64,000 bases of DNA from an uncultured Magnetococcales bacterium (lineage in GTDB: Bacteria > Pseudomonadota > Alphaproteobacteria > UBA2136 > JAPKEQ01): positions 943 through 64,942 of the forward strand of contig CAXHDG010000012.1 of assembly GCA_964015495.1 (NCBI GenBank). The letters are read 5' to 3'. Under the pieces are notes generated by a model. That model worked only from the letters and a program-made list of their open reading frames with translations. It was not told the origin of the DNA and made no database searches. Numbering within the stretch: position 1 is the stretch's first letter; each line of letters opens with the position of its first letter. This document shows, piece after piece, positions 28,408 to 38,176 of the stretch. The translations under genes were made by a program, and so were the position numbers.

Positions 28408-28599
28408 TTATTCTCCTATGCTTAGCAGCTCTTCGCGCTTCTTAATAATTTCTGAGATTTCATCTTTGCTAACTGAATCATCACCCTCTTGAACGAGAGC
28501 TTCATTGCTAGGAATAGGCGGCACTGTATAAAGCGCTGGCGCTTCTACCTTAGCGCAAGCGCCCAAAAGAAATAAAAGACAAAAAAGACTATAACGCAT
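28408..28599 (-). CDS. Small lipoprotein
   Basis: MRYSLFCLLFLLGAC lipobox; TAATG overlap with the lpxC stop. Confidence 0.7.
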   Translation of the reverse strand: MRYSLFCLLFLLGACAKVEAPALYTVPPIPSNEALVQEGDDSVSKDEISEIIKKREELLSIGE

Positions 28600-29456
28600 T
28601 ACTTCCACCCCCAGTTTTTTTCATCTGCAAGGAGCTTTCTTATAAGCTTGTTATTCAGCTCATGCCCGGGAAGACGCACTTCAAACTTACCAATAATCGG
28701 GTAACCTGCCATAAAGAAATCACCAAAACAATCAAGCGCTTTATGTCGTACAAGCTCATCTTCAAAACGCACGCCTTCACTGTTAGAAACAGTGCCGTCC
28801 TCCATAAGTACAAGCGCACAATCAAGTGAACCGCCCTTAATAAGGCCTAAGTCCTGCATATTTTTCACATCTTTTTCCATACAAAATGTACGAGCTTTGG
28901 CAATTTCTTTACGGAACTCATATTCAGTGCCATCATAGTAACGCTGAGTTGGTTTTCCGTACGGGTGTGGATAGTCCACAAAAATATCAAGGCTGAATTC
29001 TGCAGCAGGCTTGACGCGTGCCATGCAAATGCCCTCTTTAATAGAAATATCTTTTTTGACACGAATCGCCTTTACAGGTTCATCAAATTTAATAAGGCCA
29101 GCGTCATCAATAAGCTCAACCCATGGCTGAGAGCTACCGTCCAAAATAGGAATTTCAGGTCCATCAACTTCAATCACAAGATTATCAACACCAAGTGCGT
29201 AAAGGGCGGCCATTAAATGCTCTACCGTAGAAACGGTGGTATTATGGTCATTTTTAAGGGTGGTACAAAGGCGTGTATCAGACACTGCACCTGCGCAAAT
29301 ATTAATAATACCACTCCCCGGAATCACATCTGTACGATGAAAGGAAATACCGTCAAATTCATCAGCAGGGCACAGTTTTACTGTGCATTCTTTACCGCTG
29401 TGCAAGCCAGTACCAGAAAGACTGACTGACTTTTTAAGTGTTGTTTGTTTTCTCAT
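28599..29456 (-). CDS. lpxC: UDP-3-O-acyl-GlcNAc deacetylase
   Basis: GTGLHSG, TVEHLMAAL, EIPILDGS, ARTF, RHKALD. Confidence 0.97.
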   Translation of the reverse strand: MRKQTTLKKSVSLSGTGLHSGKECTVKLCPADEFDGISFHRTDVIPGSGIINICAGAVSDTRLCTTLKNDHNTTVSTVEHLMAALYALGVDNLVIEVDGPEIPILDGSSQPWVELIDDAGLIKFDEPVKAIRVKKDISIKEGICMARVKPAAEFSLDIFVDYPHPYGKPTQRYYDGTEYEFRKEIAKARTFCMEKDVKNMQDLGLIKGGSLDCALVLMEDGTVSNSEGVRFEDELVRHKALDCFGDFFMAGYPIIGKFEVRLPGHELNNKLIRKLLADEKNWGWK

Positions 29457-29494
29457 AGAAATGAGTATACCTCTTTAAAAGGGTTTATCACAGC

Positions 29495-29524
29495 AAAAAG
29501 GCCGCCCCTTAGGGCGACCTTTTT
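29495..29524 (-). terminator. Terminator after ftsZ
   Basis: AAAAAGGCCGCCC-CTTA-GGGCGACCTTTTT imperfect inverted repeat. Confidence 0.75.
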
Positions 29525-29532
29525 ACTTAAGC

Positions 29533-30753
29533 CTAGTTTGCCTGACGGCGTAGAAATGCTGGAATTTCTAGATCATCAAAAGCATCTTCTTCACGCTCTT
29601 TCTGCTTTGCAGCAGCTTTAGATGCGAAGTCTTCAACATTTGTAGCTTCTTCCTGTATAGGCGTTTCCACAACAGGTTCTTCATGTTTCATTTCAACATC
29701 AGCCTTTACCAGTGGCTTTGTTTCAACAGCTGGCGTGCCTAGTCCAAACGTCATAGAACGCTCACTTGGGCTACGGCGTACAGTTTGTGGAACACCAAGA
29801 CCAGTTGCAACAACACTTACACGGATTTTACCTTCCATTGCACTATCAAAAGATGTACCAAAGATAATGTTTGCATCAGGGTCAACTTCTTCACGGATAC
29901 GGTTTGCAGCTTCATCAACTTCATAAAGTGTCATGTCAGGGCCACCAGTAATGTTGATAAGAACGCCCTTAGCACCAGTCATGCTAATACCATCAAGGAG
30001 CGGGCTAGAAATTGCCATTTCAGAAGCCATGATTGCGCGGTTTTCACCTTCAGCTTCACCAGTTCCCATCATAGCCTGACCCATTTCGCTCATCACAGTT
30101 TTGATGTCGTTAAAGTCAAGGTTAATAAAACCTGGAACAATCATAAGATCTGTTACACCACGAACGCCTTTATAAAGCACTTCGTCAGCCATTTTAAAAG
30201 CGTCTTGAAGCGTTGTGCGCTCTGTTGCAATACGGAAAAGATTTTGGTTAGGAATAACAATAACAGTATCAACGTAACGTTGAAGCTCTTCAATACCAGC
30301 TTCAGAATTACGCATACGGCGAGACCCTTCAAAAGAAAATGGCTTCGTCACAACAGCCACAGTCAAAATGCCTTGCTCCTTTGCAGCTTTAGCAACAACA
30401 GGTGCTGCGCCAGTACCAGTACCACCGCCCATGCCGCCAGTCACAAATACCATGTGTGAACCGCGAAGCATTTCGCTAATTTCTTCATAAGACTCTTCAG
30501 CTGCTGCTGCACCAATATCAGGATTAGCGCCAGCACCAAGTCCTTCAGTGAGTTCCTTACCAAGACGAACATGGTTCTCAGCAGGATTATTAATAAGAGA
30601 TTGTGCATCTGTATTGGCTGCAATAAAGTTTACACCTTGCAGATCAGATTCGATCATATTTTGAACAGCGTTACCGCCTGCTCCCCCAACACCAACAACC
30701 GTAATTTTCGGTTGGTGAGTCTCTTCCGTCGCCATACTAATTTTGAGTGACAT
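29533..30753 (-). CDS. ftsZ: Cell division protein FtsZ
   Basis: [23 protein letters not shown]-terminal [12 protein letters not shown]. Confidence 0.99.
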   Translation of the reverse strand: MSLKISMATEETHQPKITVVGVGGAGGNAVQNMIESDLQGVNFIAANTDAQSLINNPAENHVRLGKELTEGLGAGANPDIGAAAAEESYEEISEMLRGSHMVFVTGGMGGGTGTGAAPVVAKAAKEQGILTVAVVTKPFSFEGSRRMRNSEAGIEELQRYVDTVIVIPNQNLFRIATERTTLQDAFKMADEVLYKGVRGVTDLMIVPGFINLDFNDIKTVMSEMGQAMMGTGEAEGENRAIMASEMAISSPLLDGISMTGAKGVLINITGGPDMTLYEVDEAANRIREEVDPDANIIFGTSFDSAMEGKIRVSVVATGLGVPQTVRRSPSERSMTFGLGTPAVETKPLVKADVEMKHEEPVVETPIQEEATNVEDFASKAAAKQKEREEDAFDDLEIPAFLRRQAN

Positions 30754-30816
30754 GTGTCTGGCCTCTTATTTTTATCGTTATTCTTATTTTTATTTTATTC
30801 TGTCAGAGTTTTCCGT

Positions 30817-32073
30817 TTATGACTCAGACTGAAATACTTGCCTAATGGACTGAGTTACCCCTGTCCAGAAACCTTTACCTACGCTTGTGCGGCGTGCCGC
30901 GCGTGCTTTTGCCGCATATTGGCGTGCCCCGTAAACAACAAGGCCTGCAGCTGTTGAAAACTGCGAGCCGCCTGAAAGATCTGTTAGACCTTCAAGTGCC
31001 ACTGGGCGTGCAATACGCACATTTTTATCTAAAATGACTTCCGCAAGCTGGCGCACGCCTTCAAGTTGGCTCGTTCCGCCCGTAATAACGACACGGCGAC
31101 CAATTGAAGATTCAAAGCCACTTTGCTCAATCTTCTCGCGGATCATTTCTAAAATTTCTTCACAGCGTGGCTGAATAATGCCTGCAAGCACACTCTTTGT
31201 TACATGTCCTGGCTCACTGCTGTCATTTTCGCCCACATGAGGAATATCAATTGTTTCATCTCCGCTCACCATAGAAGCCATAGCGCAGCCATGCATTGTT
31301 TTGATGCGCTCTGCATGAGAAAGAGGCGTTGAAAGGCCGCGTGCAATATCGTTTGTAATGTGGTGACCACCCACAGGAATCACGCCAGAATAAAGAAGCG
31401 CACCATCACCAAAGATAGCAATATCAGATGTTCCACCGCCAATATCCACAAGGCACACGCCAAGATCTTTTTCATCTTGTACAAGAGATGAAAGCCCTGA
31501 GGCATAAGGCTGCACAACAAGTTCAGCAACTTCAAGGTCCGCACGTTCTACGCAGCGCAACACGTTACGCACAGCAGAAGATGCCGCACTAATAATATGA
31601 ACTTCACTTTCAAGGCGAGAGCCTGTCATACCGCGAGGGTCGCGAATATCATTTTGGCTATCTAGTAAATACTTTGTTGCTTGCGCGTAAACAATTTGGC
31701 GATCGCCTTCAATTTGCTTCGCACGGGCCACTTCAATCACACGAACAATATCATTATCATCAATTTCATGATTATTAAGCACAACAAGACCATCTGTCAT
31801 TTGGCTTTTAAGATGAACACCACCAAGACTTACATACACTTCTTCCACATCCACGCCGGCCATATCTTCGGCTCCAGCAACAGACTCACGAATTGCATGC
31901 TCAATTTGGTCCATATCAATAATAACGCCGCGCTTCATACCAGATGTCACATATTGACCATACCCTAAAACACGCGGGTTAAAGAACTCATCAAGCTCTG
32001 CAATAAAACAGCACACTTTGCTAGAGCCAATATCAAGCCCTGCAACGATAGCGTTTTTGTTCTTTACAGACAT
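30817..32073 (-). CDS. ftsA: Cell division protein FtsA
   Basis: LDIGSSKV, DIGGGT, AERIK, TGGTSQL. Confidence 0.98.
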   Translation of the reverse strand: MSVKNKNAIVAGLDIGSSKVCCFIAELDEFFNPRVLGYGQYVTSGMKRGVIIDMDQIEHAIRESVAGAEDMAGVDVEEVYVSLGGVHLKSQMTDGLVVLNNHEIDDNDIVRVIEVARAKQIEGDRQIVYAQATKYLLDSQNDIRDPRGMTGSRLESEVHIISAASSAVRNVLRCVERADLEVAELVVQPYASGLSSLVQDEKDLGVCLVDIGGGTSDIAIFGDGALLYSGVIPVGGHHITNDIARGLSTPLSHAERIKTMHGCAMASMVSGDETIDIPHVGENDSSEPGHVTKSVLAGIIQPRCEEILEMIREKIEQSGFESSIGRRVVITGGTSQLEGVRQLAEVILDKNVRIARPVALEGLTDLSGGSQFSTAAGLVVYGARQYAAKARAARRTSVGKGFWTGVTQSIRQVFQSES

Positions 32074-32139
32074 TAAGTTTTTTACCTTTTGTGCGCCGTT
32101 TTTTGGGGTACTAAACGCGCTTTTTATACTTATTTATTA

Positions 32140-32919
32140 TCATACACTATTTTTTTTGCCTTGCGGGGGCCAACCTTCAGACAAATCTACATTTTCAGGG
32201 AGCCTTAAGATAATTCTATCTTCGACTCTCAGGTCAATCACAAGGCCGCCAACCTGCATAACCTGCTTAGAATCGTTGAGTTTCTTGAGTTTTTGCATGG
32301 CACTCACAGGAACATTCTCAGGAAGTTGAACCAATACATTATTCTCAAACATAAGATTCCAGCGCCTTTTCCCAATAAATTCCGCAGATGTAATTTTATG
32401 GTCGAGGTGTGGGCTTTCTGCAATCATTGCAAATAGAGCCTGTGCACTTTTTGAAGAATCCTCACCTGTAAGAAGAGGCAAGTAATTAAACATTTCCGTT
32501 GCTTTATTGATAGGTTCCCCTTCTCGATCAAGCACATAACGACCATCTTCTGCTTGCCATAATGCAAGAGGCTTCTTCTCATAAAGCTTAATTTTAACCG
32601 TTGAAGGCAGCTGGCGCTGCACTTCAGCCTTGGAAACCCAAGGTAGCTCTTCTACGCGAGAGCGCACACCTGACGCATCAAAACCAATAAGAGGATCCCC
32701 ATAATTTAAACCGATTTTTTCGCGCAGGTCTTGTTGATCTACATACAAAGCACCTTCAACCATAATATGGTTCGCCTTAGCGCCAAGCACTTTTGCAATT
32801 CCATCCTGCTCAAGAAAAGCGCGACCTATACCATAACTGAGCACAAGGAAAAATATGCCAAGTACCATAAACATAGCTTTTTTCAGCGGAAACTTTTCTT
32901 TCTTACTATATGTGTACAT
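32140..32919 (-). CDS. ftsQ: Cell division protein FtsQ
   Basis: TM, POTRA (LPWVSKAEVQRQLP), RRWNL, IDLR; synteny. Confidence 0.93.
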   Translation of the reverse strand: MYTYSKKEKFPLKKAMFMVLGIFFLVLSYGIGRAFLEQDGIAKVLGAKANHIMVEGALYVDQQDLREKIGLNYGDPLIGFDASGVRSRVEELPWVSKAEVQRQLPSTVKIKLYEKKPLALWQAEDGRYVLDREGEPINKATEMFNYLPLLTGEDSSKSAQALFAMIAESPHLDHKITSAEFIGKRRWNLMFENNVLVQLPENVPVSAMQKLKKLNDSKQVMQVGGLVIDLRVEDRIILRLPENVDLSEGWPPQGKKNSV

Positions 32920-33830
32920 TAAATGGCCTTTGCATAATCTTGATAAAGACTCTTTGTCATAATTTCTTCTACAAACCCTTCAAAGGTATAGCCAAGAGCC
33001 ACTGCCATTTCAGGGATCAAACTTGTTTCTGTAAATCCTGGAAGCGTATTCATCTCCAGAAAAACAGTACGCCCCGTTACCTCATCAAACATAAAGTCTG
33101 CGCGTGCAACGCCCTTGCATTTAAGAATTTCATAAGCAACCTTTGTACAGCTCATCAAACGCTCAGACACCTCTTTGGGCAAATCAGGGTTTACCACATG
33201 CTGAGAACCCCCTGCCGCATATTTAGCGTCATAATCATAAAAAACATGAGAACTTTCAGGAACAATTTCAGTGACCGCAAGAACTTCACCATCAAAAACA
33301 CCCACCGTAAGCTCACGTCCTTCAACCAGCTCTTCAACCAAAACATCTCCGCCATATATGCGTGTTTGATTCATGGCTTGAGTTAAATCTTTTTCGCTAT
33401 GCACCAGGCTCACCCCCACAGAAGATCCGCCATCATTTGGCTTCACAACACAAGGGAAAGACATATCATTCATAGACATCTGCTCTGGCACATCAATACC
33501 AGCAAGCATACAGTGTACCTTTGCCATAGATTTATTCATACAAAGTGCAGAAGCAAGGACACCGCTTCCATTATAAGGGATATTCAAACTCTCAAGAACA
33601 GCTTGCACAGTACCATCTTCTGATGGCGCGCCATGCCCTGCAATAAAGCAGTAATCAGGCAAAAGCTCTGCCAGCGTCTTCACCCAAGGCGAAGACAAGT
33701 TTATTTTATGAACCTCATAGCCCAAACTTTCTAGTGCAGACCATATTGCTTTAGCACTTGCATCAGAGACCTTTGCTTCAGGCGATGTTCCGCCATAAAG
33801 TACCGCAACTGTTTTTACACCTTGAATCAT
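32919..33830 (-). CDS. ddl: D-alanine-D-alanine ligase
   Basis: GGTSPE, HG..SEDG, KPNDGGSSVG, YDYDAKY, EMNTLPG. Confidence 0.96.
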   Translation of the reverse strand: MIQGVKTVAVLYGGTSPEAKVSDASAKAIWSALESLGYEVHKINLSSPWVKTLAELLPDYCFIAGHGAPSEDGTVQAVLESLNIPYNGSGVLASALCMNKSMAKVHCMLAGIDVPEQMSMNDMSFPCVVKPNDGGSSVGVSLVHSEKDLTQAMNQTRIYGGDVLVEELVEGRELTVGVFDGEVLAVTEIVPESSHVFYDYDAKYAAGGSQHVVNPDLPKEVSERLMSCTKVAYEILKCKGVARADFMFDEVTGRTVFLEMNTLPGFTETSLIPEMAVALGYTFEGFVEEIMTKSLYQDYAKAI

Positions 33831-34735
33831 TATACCTCCTCAAAGCTCCCCAGCTTTTGTACTTCTGTTGTCATGAGAATGCCATGCTCTTTATAAATTC
33901 TGTCTATCATCTCATCAGAAAGGGCCAGCATATCTCCTGCTGTTGCCGCACCATGGTTCACAAAGAAATTACTATGTTTCTCACTTACTGCTGCATCTCC
34001 AAGGCGCTGCCCACGCCCACCAACACTATCAACAAGCTGCCAAGACTTTTGGCCCTTAGGGTTTGTAAACCAACTCCCACTACTTGGCATGTTAAGCGGC
34101 TGACTTTTAGAGCGATCCCGATTAATATCGCGCATATCCTGTTTAATTTTTTCTTTGCTACCGTCTGCAAGCTTAAACGTTACAGATTCCACAATCCAGC
34201 CGTCTTTTACGCCGCTCTGACGGTAAGAAAAATCAAGTTCCTGAGGCTTAAACTGCACACGTTCACCTTCTGGGCTAATAAGGTTTACAGATACAAGCGC
34301 GTCAACAGTTTCCCTGCCATAAGCACCGGCGTTCATGTAAAGAGCACCGCCAACACTGCCAGGAATACCACACCAAAACGCAAGGCCATCAAGCTCAGCC
34401 TCACGCGCAAATCGTGCCACGGTTCCGCAGCTTACGCCGGCTCCCATTGTTATTTCTTTGCCGCTCATATAAATATCCTGCGGCAGATCTTTCAGGCGAA
34501 TGACAACCCCATCAAAACCACTATCCGCAACAAGCGTATTACTGCCGTCCCCCAGAAGAGCGTGAGGAATATCTGTGCCGGCTTCTTTTTTAAAGGTACA
34601 AAGCTCCTCAACCGAGCTGGGTGACCATAACACCTTTGCGGCCCCACCAACCTTAAGCGTTGTAAGCGCAGAAAGAGGCGCGCCATACTGCACACCTCCA
34701 GAAAATTTATAGTCAAACGGATGCTTACCTTGCAC
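33830..34735 (-). CDS. murB: UDP-N-acetylmuramate dehydrogenase
   Basis: GDGSN, GIPGSVGGALYMNAGAYG, FSYR, GSWFTNP, KHSNF. Confidence 0.97.
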   Translation of the reverse strand: MQGKHPFDYKFSGGVQYGAPLSALTTLKVGGAAKVLWSPSSVEELCTFKKEAGTDIPHALLGDGSNTLVADSGFDGVVIRLKDLPQDIYMSGKEITMGAGVSCGTVARFAREAELDGLAFWCGIPGSVGGALYMNAGAYGRETVDALVSVNLISPEGERVQFKPQELDFSYRQSGVKDGWIVESVTFKLADGSKEKIKQDMRDINRDRSKSQPLNMPSSGSWFTNPKGQKSWQLVDSVGGRGQRLGDAAVSEKHSNFFVNHGAATAGDMLALSDEMIDRIYKEHGILMTTEVQKLGSFEEV

Positions 34736-34854
34736 CAGAAACCCTCACACATTCAAATACTATATATAGATTTTCATTGTACGCAAAAAACTACATATTG
34801 CCCATGAAAAAGAACCCTAAAAACATAATTTTTTATTAAAAAATCAGGAGAAAC

Positions 34855-35934
34855 CTAGCCTAAGATGCAATCTGCAAAACGCTCAGCGCCCAAGGCCTGA
34901 GAAAAAGCCTTTGCACCCTGTTCCAAACGCTGCCGCTCATCCGCGTTTTCAATCAAATTTTGAATTGTCTTTTGAAGCAGATCAGTTCCCTCTAGATCAT
35001 TTTGACGAAGCAAAATGCCCGCACCAGCATCCACCACCACTTCCCCATTTATAACCTGATGACCATCCGCTACCTCATGAGGAATATAAATTGCAGCACG
35101 TCCTGCAAGAGAAATTTCAAGCATGGTACTTGTTCCAGGCCTTGCAATAACAAGATGAGATCGGGAAATTCTCTCCTTCATATTATCAAAGAAAGGCAAA
35201 ACCTCAGCAGAAATGCCATGAGATTTATACGCAGCAACCACAGCACTCACATCTTCAGGTCGTGCCTGATGAGAAACATAAAGCTTCTTTTTAATACTCT
35301 CAGGCAGCTCCATTAAAGCTGCAGGTACAGATTCACTTAAAAAGTGAGCCCCTAAACTGCCACCTGTCACAAGAATAGTCACAGAATCATCAGCTCTCAC
35401 ATGCTCCTTTTCAAAAAAAGCTAAAACATCACGCCGAACAGGACTGCCTGTTACAAGAATCTTACCCCTTGCCTTTGGCAAATATTTTTCTGTTTGGTCA
35501 AAAGTTGTGCAGACAGTTCTAACAAAGCGGCTCAAAAGACGCGTTGCCATACCAGGCACCACATTTTGTTCATGGATATATGTTTTTATAAAAAGAAGCT
35601 TACCTGCAAGAACTGGCGCAACAGAGGCATAACCGCCCGTGCCGCACACGGCAGAAGGACGAACCTTTAAAATAAACAGCATTGATTTTATAACCGCAAA
35701 GCCCAAAGCAAATAATGCCTGCAACTTAGCAAGCTTTCCCTTACCATTCCAAGGAAGCGCCTTGACCATATAAACAGGAAACCCTTCCTGAGTAATCTTT
35801 TCAGAGAACTTCTCTCCACCCAAAATAAAAACAGAATCCACCCCGCGCCCCTTTAAAACTTGGGCCGTTGCTAGTGCCGGAAAAATATGCCCGCCTGATG
35901 CTCCAACAGCAAAAATAACTTTTTTAGATTTCAT
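34855..35934 (-). CDS. murG: Lipid II GlcNAc transferase
   Basis: SGGHIFPA, GGYAS, HEQN, GSPVR, GGSLGA. Confidence 0.96.
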   Translation of the reverse strand: MKSKKVIFAVGASGGHIFPALATAQVLKGRGVDSVFILGGEKFSEKITQEGFPVYMVKALPWNGKGKLAKLQALFALGFAVIKSMLFILKVRPSAVCGTGGYASVAPVLAGKLLFIKTYIHEQNVVPGMATRLLSRFVRTVCTTFDQTEKYLPKARGKILVTGSPVRRDVLAFFEKEHVRADDSVTILVTGGSLGAHFLSESVPAALMELPESIKKKLYVSHQARPEDVSAVVAAYKSHGISAEVLPFFDNMKERISRSHLVIARPGTSTMLEISLAGRAAIYIPHEVADGHQVINGEVVVDAGAGILLRQNDLEGTDLLQKTIQNLIENADERQRLEQGAKAFSQALGAERFADCILG

Positions 35935-35937
35935 GCC

Positions 35938-37077
35938 TTAACGCCTTCTTCTCATAGCTTTCATGCTCTCTTTTCGGGTGAGAGACAAAATTATACCCAC
36001 CAAAATAGCAAGAGCAAGCGTTGATGTTCCCCCGTAACTCATAAATGGGAGCGTCATACCTGTTGTTGGTATAAGGTGCAATACAACCCCAACATTTACC
36101 ATCACCTGAAAAGCAAACAAGCCAAGCAAACTTAAACCTACAACGCGCTGCAGTTCGCTAGACCTTTCACAAACCCGCGTTGCTGCCCTTAGCACCCAAT
36201 ACCCAAAAGTAAGTAAAAGAACCGTACAAAAAACAAGACCAAGCTCCTCTGCAAGTACCGTAAAAATAAAATCAGTATGTGCATCAGGCACAGTATCTTT
36301 CACAACACCCTCGCCAATGCCTTTCCCCCAAAGGCCGCCAGAAAGCAGCGCTTCCTCAGCTTTTGAAATTTGATATACATCTCCTGTTTCTGGAAATAAA
36401 AATGTATCGATACGTGTTTTTACATGAGAGAGCGTAAAATATGCAAACCCGCAAAGCGGCGGAAGAAGCCCTGCCACCAAAAACATAACCCTATAAGGAA
36501 GCCCTGAAAAATAAAGTACCAACACCCAAGACATGGCAATAACAAGTGTCATACCAAAATCTGGTTGCAAGAACAGGAAAACAGAATGCACGCAAAGCAG
36601 ACCACATGTTACAGCGCATCCTAAAGTAAAAGCTTTTTGCTTTTTAAAAAAAGCCAAAACCATTGCCGCAACAACAGGAAAAGCTACCTTTAAAAACTCT
36701 GACGGCTGAACAGTAAATCCAAAAACTTCTATCCAGCGACTTGCCCCTTTTACGTCTTTACCAATTAAAAGAACCAACACCAAACCAGTTAAAGCGCCCA
36801 CATAGGTAAGCACCGCAATTCTCTGCACATTTTTAAAAGAGAACAAAGATATAACAAGAGCTGTTATAAGCCCAGCAATCAAAAACACTGCATGCTTTTT
36901 TGTAAAATAGAATGGGCCGACGCCATAGGTATCTGCCACAGCAGGCGAAGCAATAGAACTTGCAAGCATCCCCACAGCAAGCCACAAAAGAAAGATAACA
37001 AGAAGAACCTTATCAACACTCTTCCACCAAATTAGGAGTGGATTTCTTTTGCGCGCAAGTGAAAAGCCTCTGTTCAT
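35938..37077 (-). CDS. ftsW: SEDS peptidoglycan polymerase FtsW
   Basis: GASRWI, QPSEFLK, QPDFG, HTDFIF, LPFMSYGG. Confidence 0.96.
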   Translation of the reverse strand: MNRGFSLARKRNPLLIWWKSVDKVLLVIFLLWLAVGMLASSIASPAVADTYGVGPFYFTKKHAVFLIAGLITALVISLFSFKNVQRIAVLTYVGALTGLVLVLLIGKDVKGASRWIEVFGFTVQPSEFLKVAFPVVAAMVLAFFKKQKAFTLGCAVTCGLLCVHSVFLFLQPDFGMTLVIAMSWVLVLYFSGLPYRVMFLVAGLLPPLCGFAYFTLSHVKTRIDTFLFPETGDVYQISKAEEALLSGGLWGKGIGEGVVKDTVPDAHTDFIFTVLAEELGLVFCTVLLLTFGYWVLRAATRVCERSSELQRVVGLSLLGLFAFQVMVNVGVVLHLIPTTGMTLPFMSYGGTSTLALAILVGIILSLTRKESMKAMRRRR

Positions 37078-37084
37078 ATTGTGC

Positions 37085-38176
37085 CTATCGAAGCTTCAGC
37101 GTGGCAAGGCCAATCACTGCAAATAGGAGAGAGATAATCCAGAAACGTACAACAATAGTTGTTTCTGGCCAGCCCAGCTGCTCAAAATGATGATGAATTG
37201 GCGCACGTCTAAATACGCGTTTCCCACGAAGCTTAAACGAACCCACCTGAATCATCACAGAAAGTGCTTCAATCACAAACAGACCAGCAATAATTGCAAA
37301 GGTGATCTCATGCTTAACAACAACCGCAATAAACCCGAGAGTTCCACCAATCACAAGAGAGCCAGTATCTCCCATAAAAATGCGCGCAGGAGGCGCATTA
37401 AACCAAAGAAAACCAAGTATAGAGCCAATAAGAGCTGAACACACAATAGTCATCTCTCCTGCACCTGCAACGTAAGGAATATGAAGATACTCAGTAAAAT
37501 CAACTCGGCCAACGGCGTAAGCAATAAAGGCAAGAGAGGCCGCAGCAAATACAGCAGGAATACTCACAAGACCATCAAGACCATCCGTTAAGTTCACAGC
37601 GTTAGCGCAACCAATCATAACAAGAGTACCAAAAAGCATATATCCAATAAGTCCAAGATCTATAGAAAGATCTTTAAAGAATGGGAAATGAAGAACAGTC
37701 ACATTCACATCCCCTGAAACACGCGCCCACGCAAACAGCACGCTGCAACACACCACAAACTGAATAGCAAGACGCACCCGTCCTGGCACACCCTTTTTCC
37801 AAAGACCTGTCATGCCGCAATAATCATCAGTAAACCCAATCAGACCAAACGCAATAATAACAGCGCTAACAAGCCACGTAAGCGGTTGCGTCAAATCAGT
37901 CCAAAGCATCACATTTACAAGAAGCCCTATAATAATCATAAGCCCGCCCATTGTTGGCGTGCCCTGCTTTGCAAGAACACTTGCTTGCGGGTGATCATCG
38001 CGTACTGTTTTTTTAGCCTGCTGCAATCCTTTAAACCTACGAATAAGACCAGGGCCAATAAGCATCACAACAAAAAAGCCCATAAACAGAGCCGCACCTG
38101 AGCGCACAGAAATATATTTTAGAACATTCAGCACTGCAAAGTGCTCATAAAAGGGGTAAATAAAATTATACAGCAT
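37085..38176 (-). CDS. mraY: Phospho-MurNAc-pentapeptide transferase
   Basis: GTPTMGG, NAVNLTDGLDGL, FMGDTGS, APIHHHFE. Confidence 0.98.
   Translation of the reverse strand: MLYNFIYPFYEHFAVLNVLKYISVRSGAALFMGFFVVMLIGPGLIRRFKGLQQAKKTVRDDHPQASVLAKQGTPTMGGLMIIIGLLVNVMLWTDLTQPLTWLVSAVIIAFGLIGFTDDYCGMTGLWKKGVPGRVRLAIQFVVCCSVLFAWARVSGDVNVTVLHFPFFKDLSIDLGLIGYMLFGTLVMIGCANAVNLTDGLDGLVSIPAVFAAASLAFIAYAVGRVDFTEYLHIPYVAGAGEMTIVCSALIGSILGFLWFNAPPARIFMGDTGSLVIGGTLGFIAVVVKHEITFAIIAGLFVIEALSVMIQVGSFKLRGKRVFRRAPIHHHFEQLGWPETTIVVRFWIISLLFAVIGLATLKLR

Noticed and set aside
33758-34624. 288-aa plus-strand ORF and other long antisense ORFs (e.g. 29785-30459, 46752-47336, 1016-1495)
   Set aside because: Shadow frames of well-supported genes on the opposite strand.
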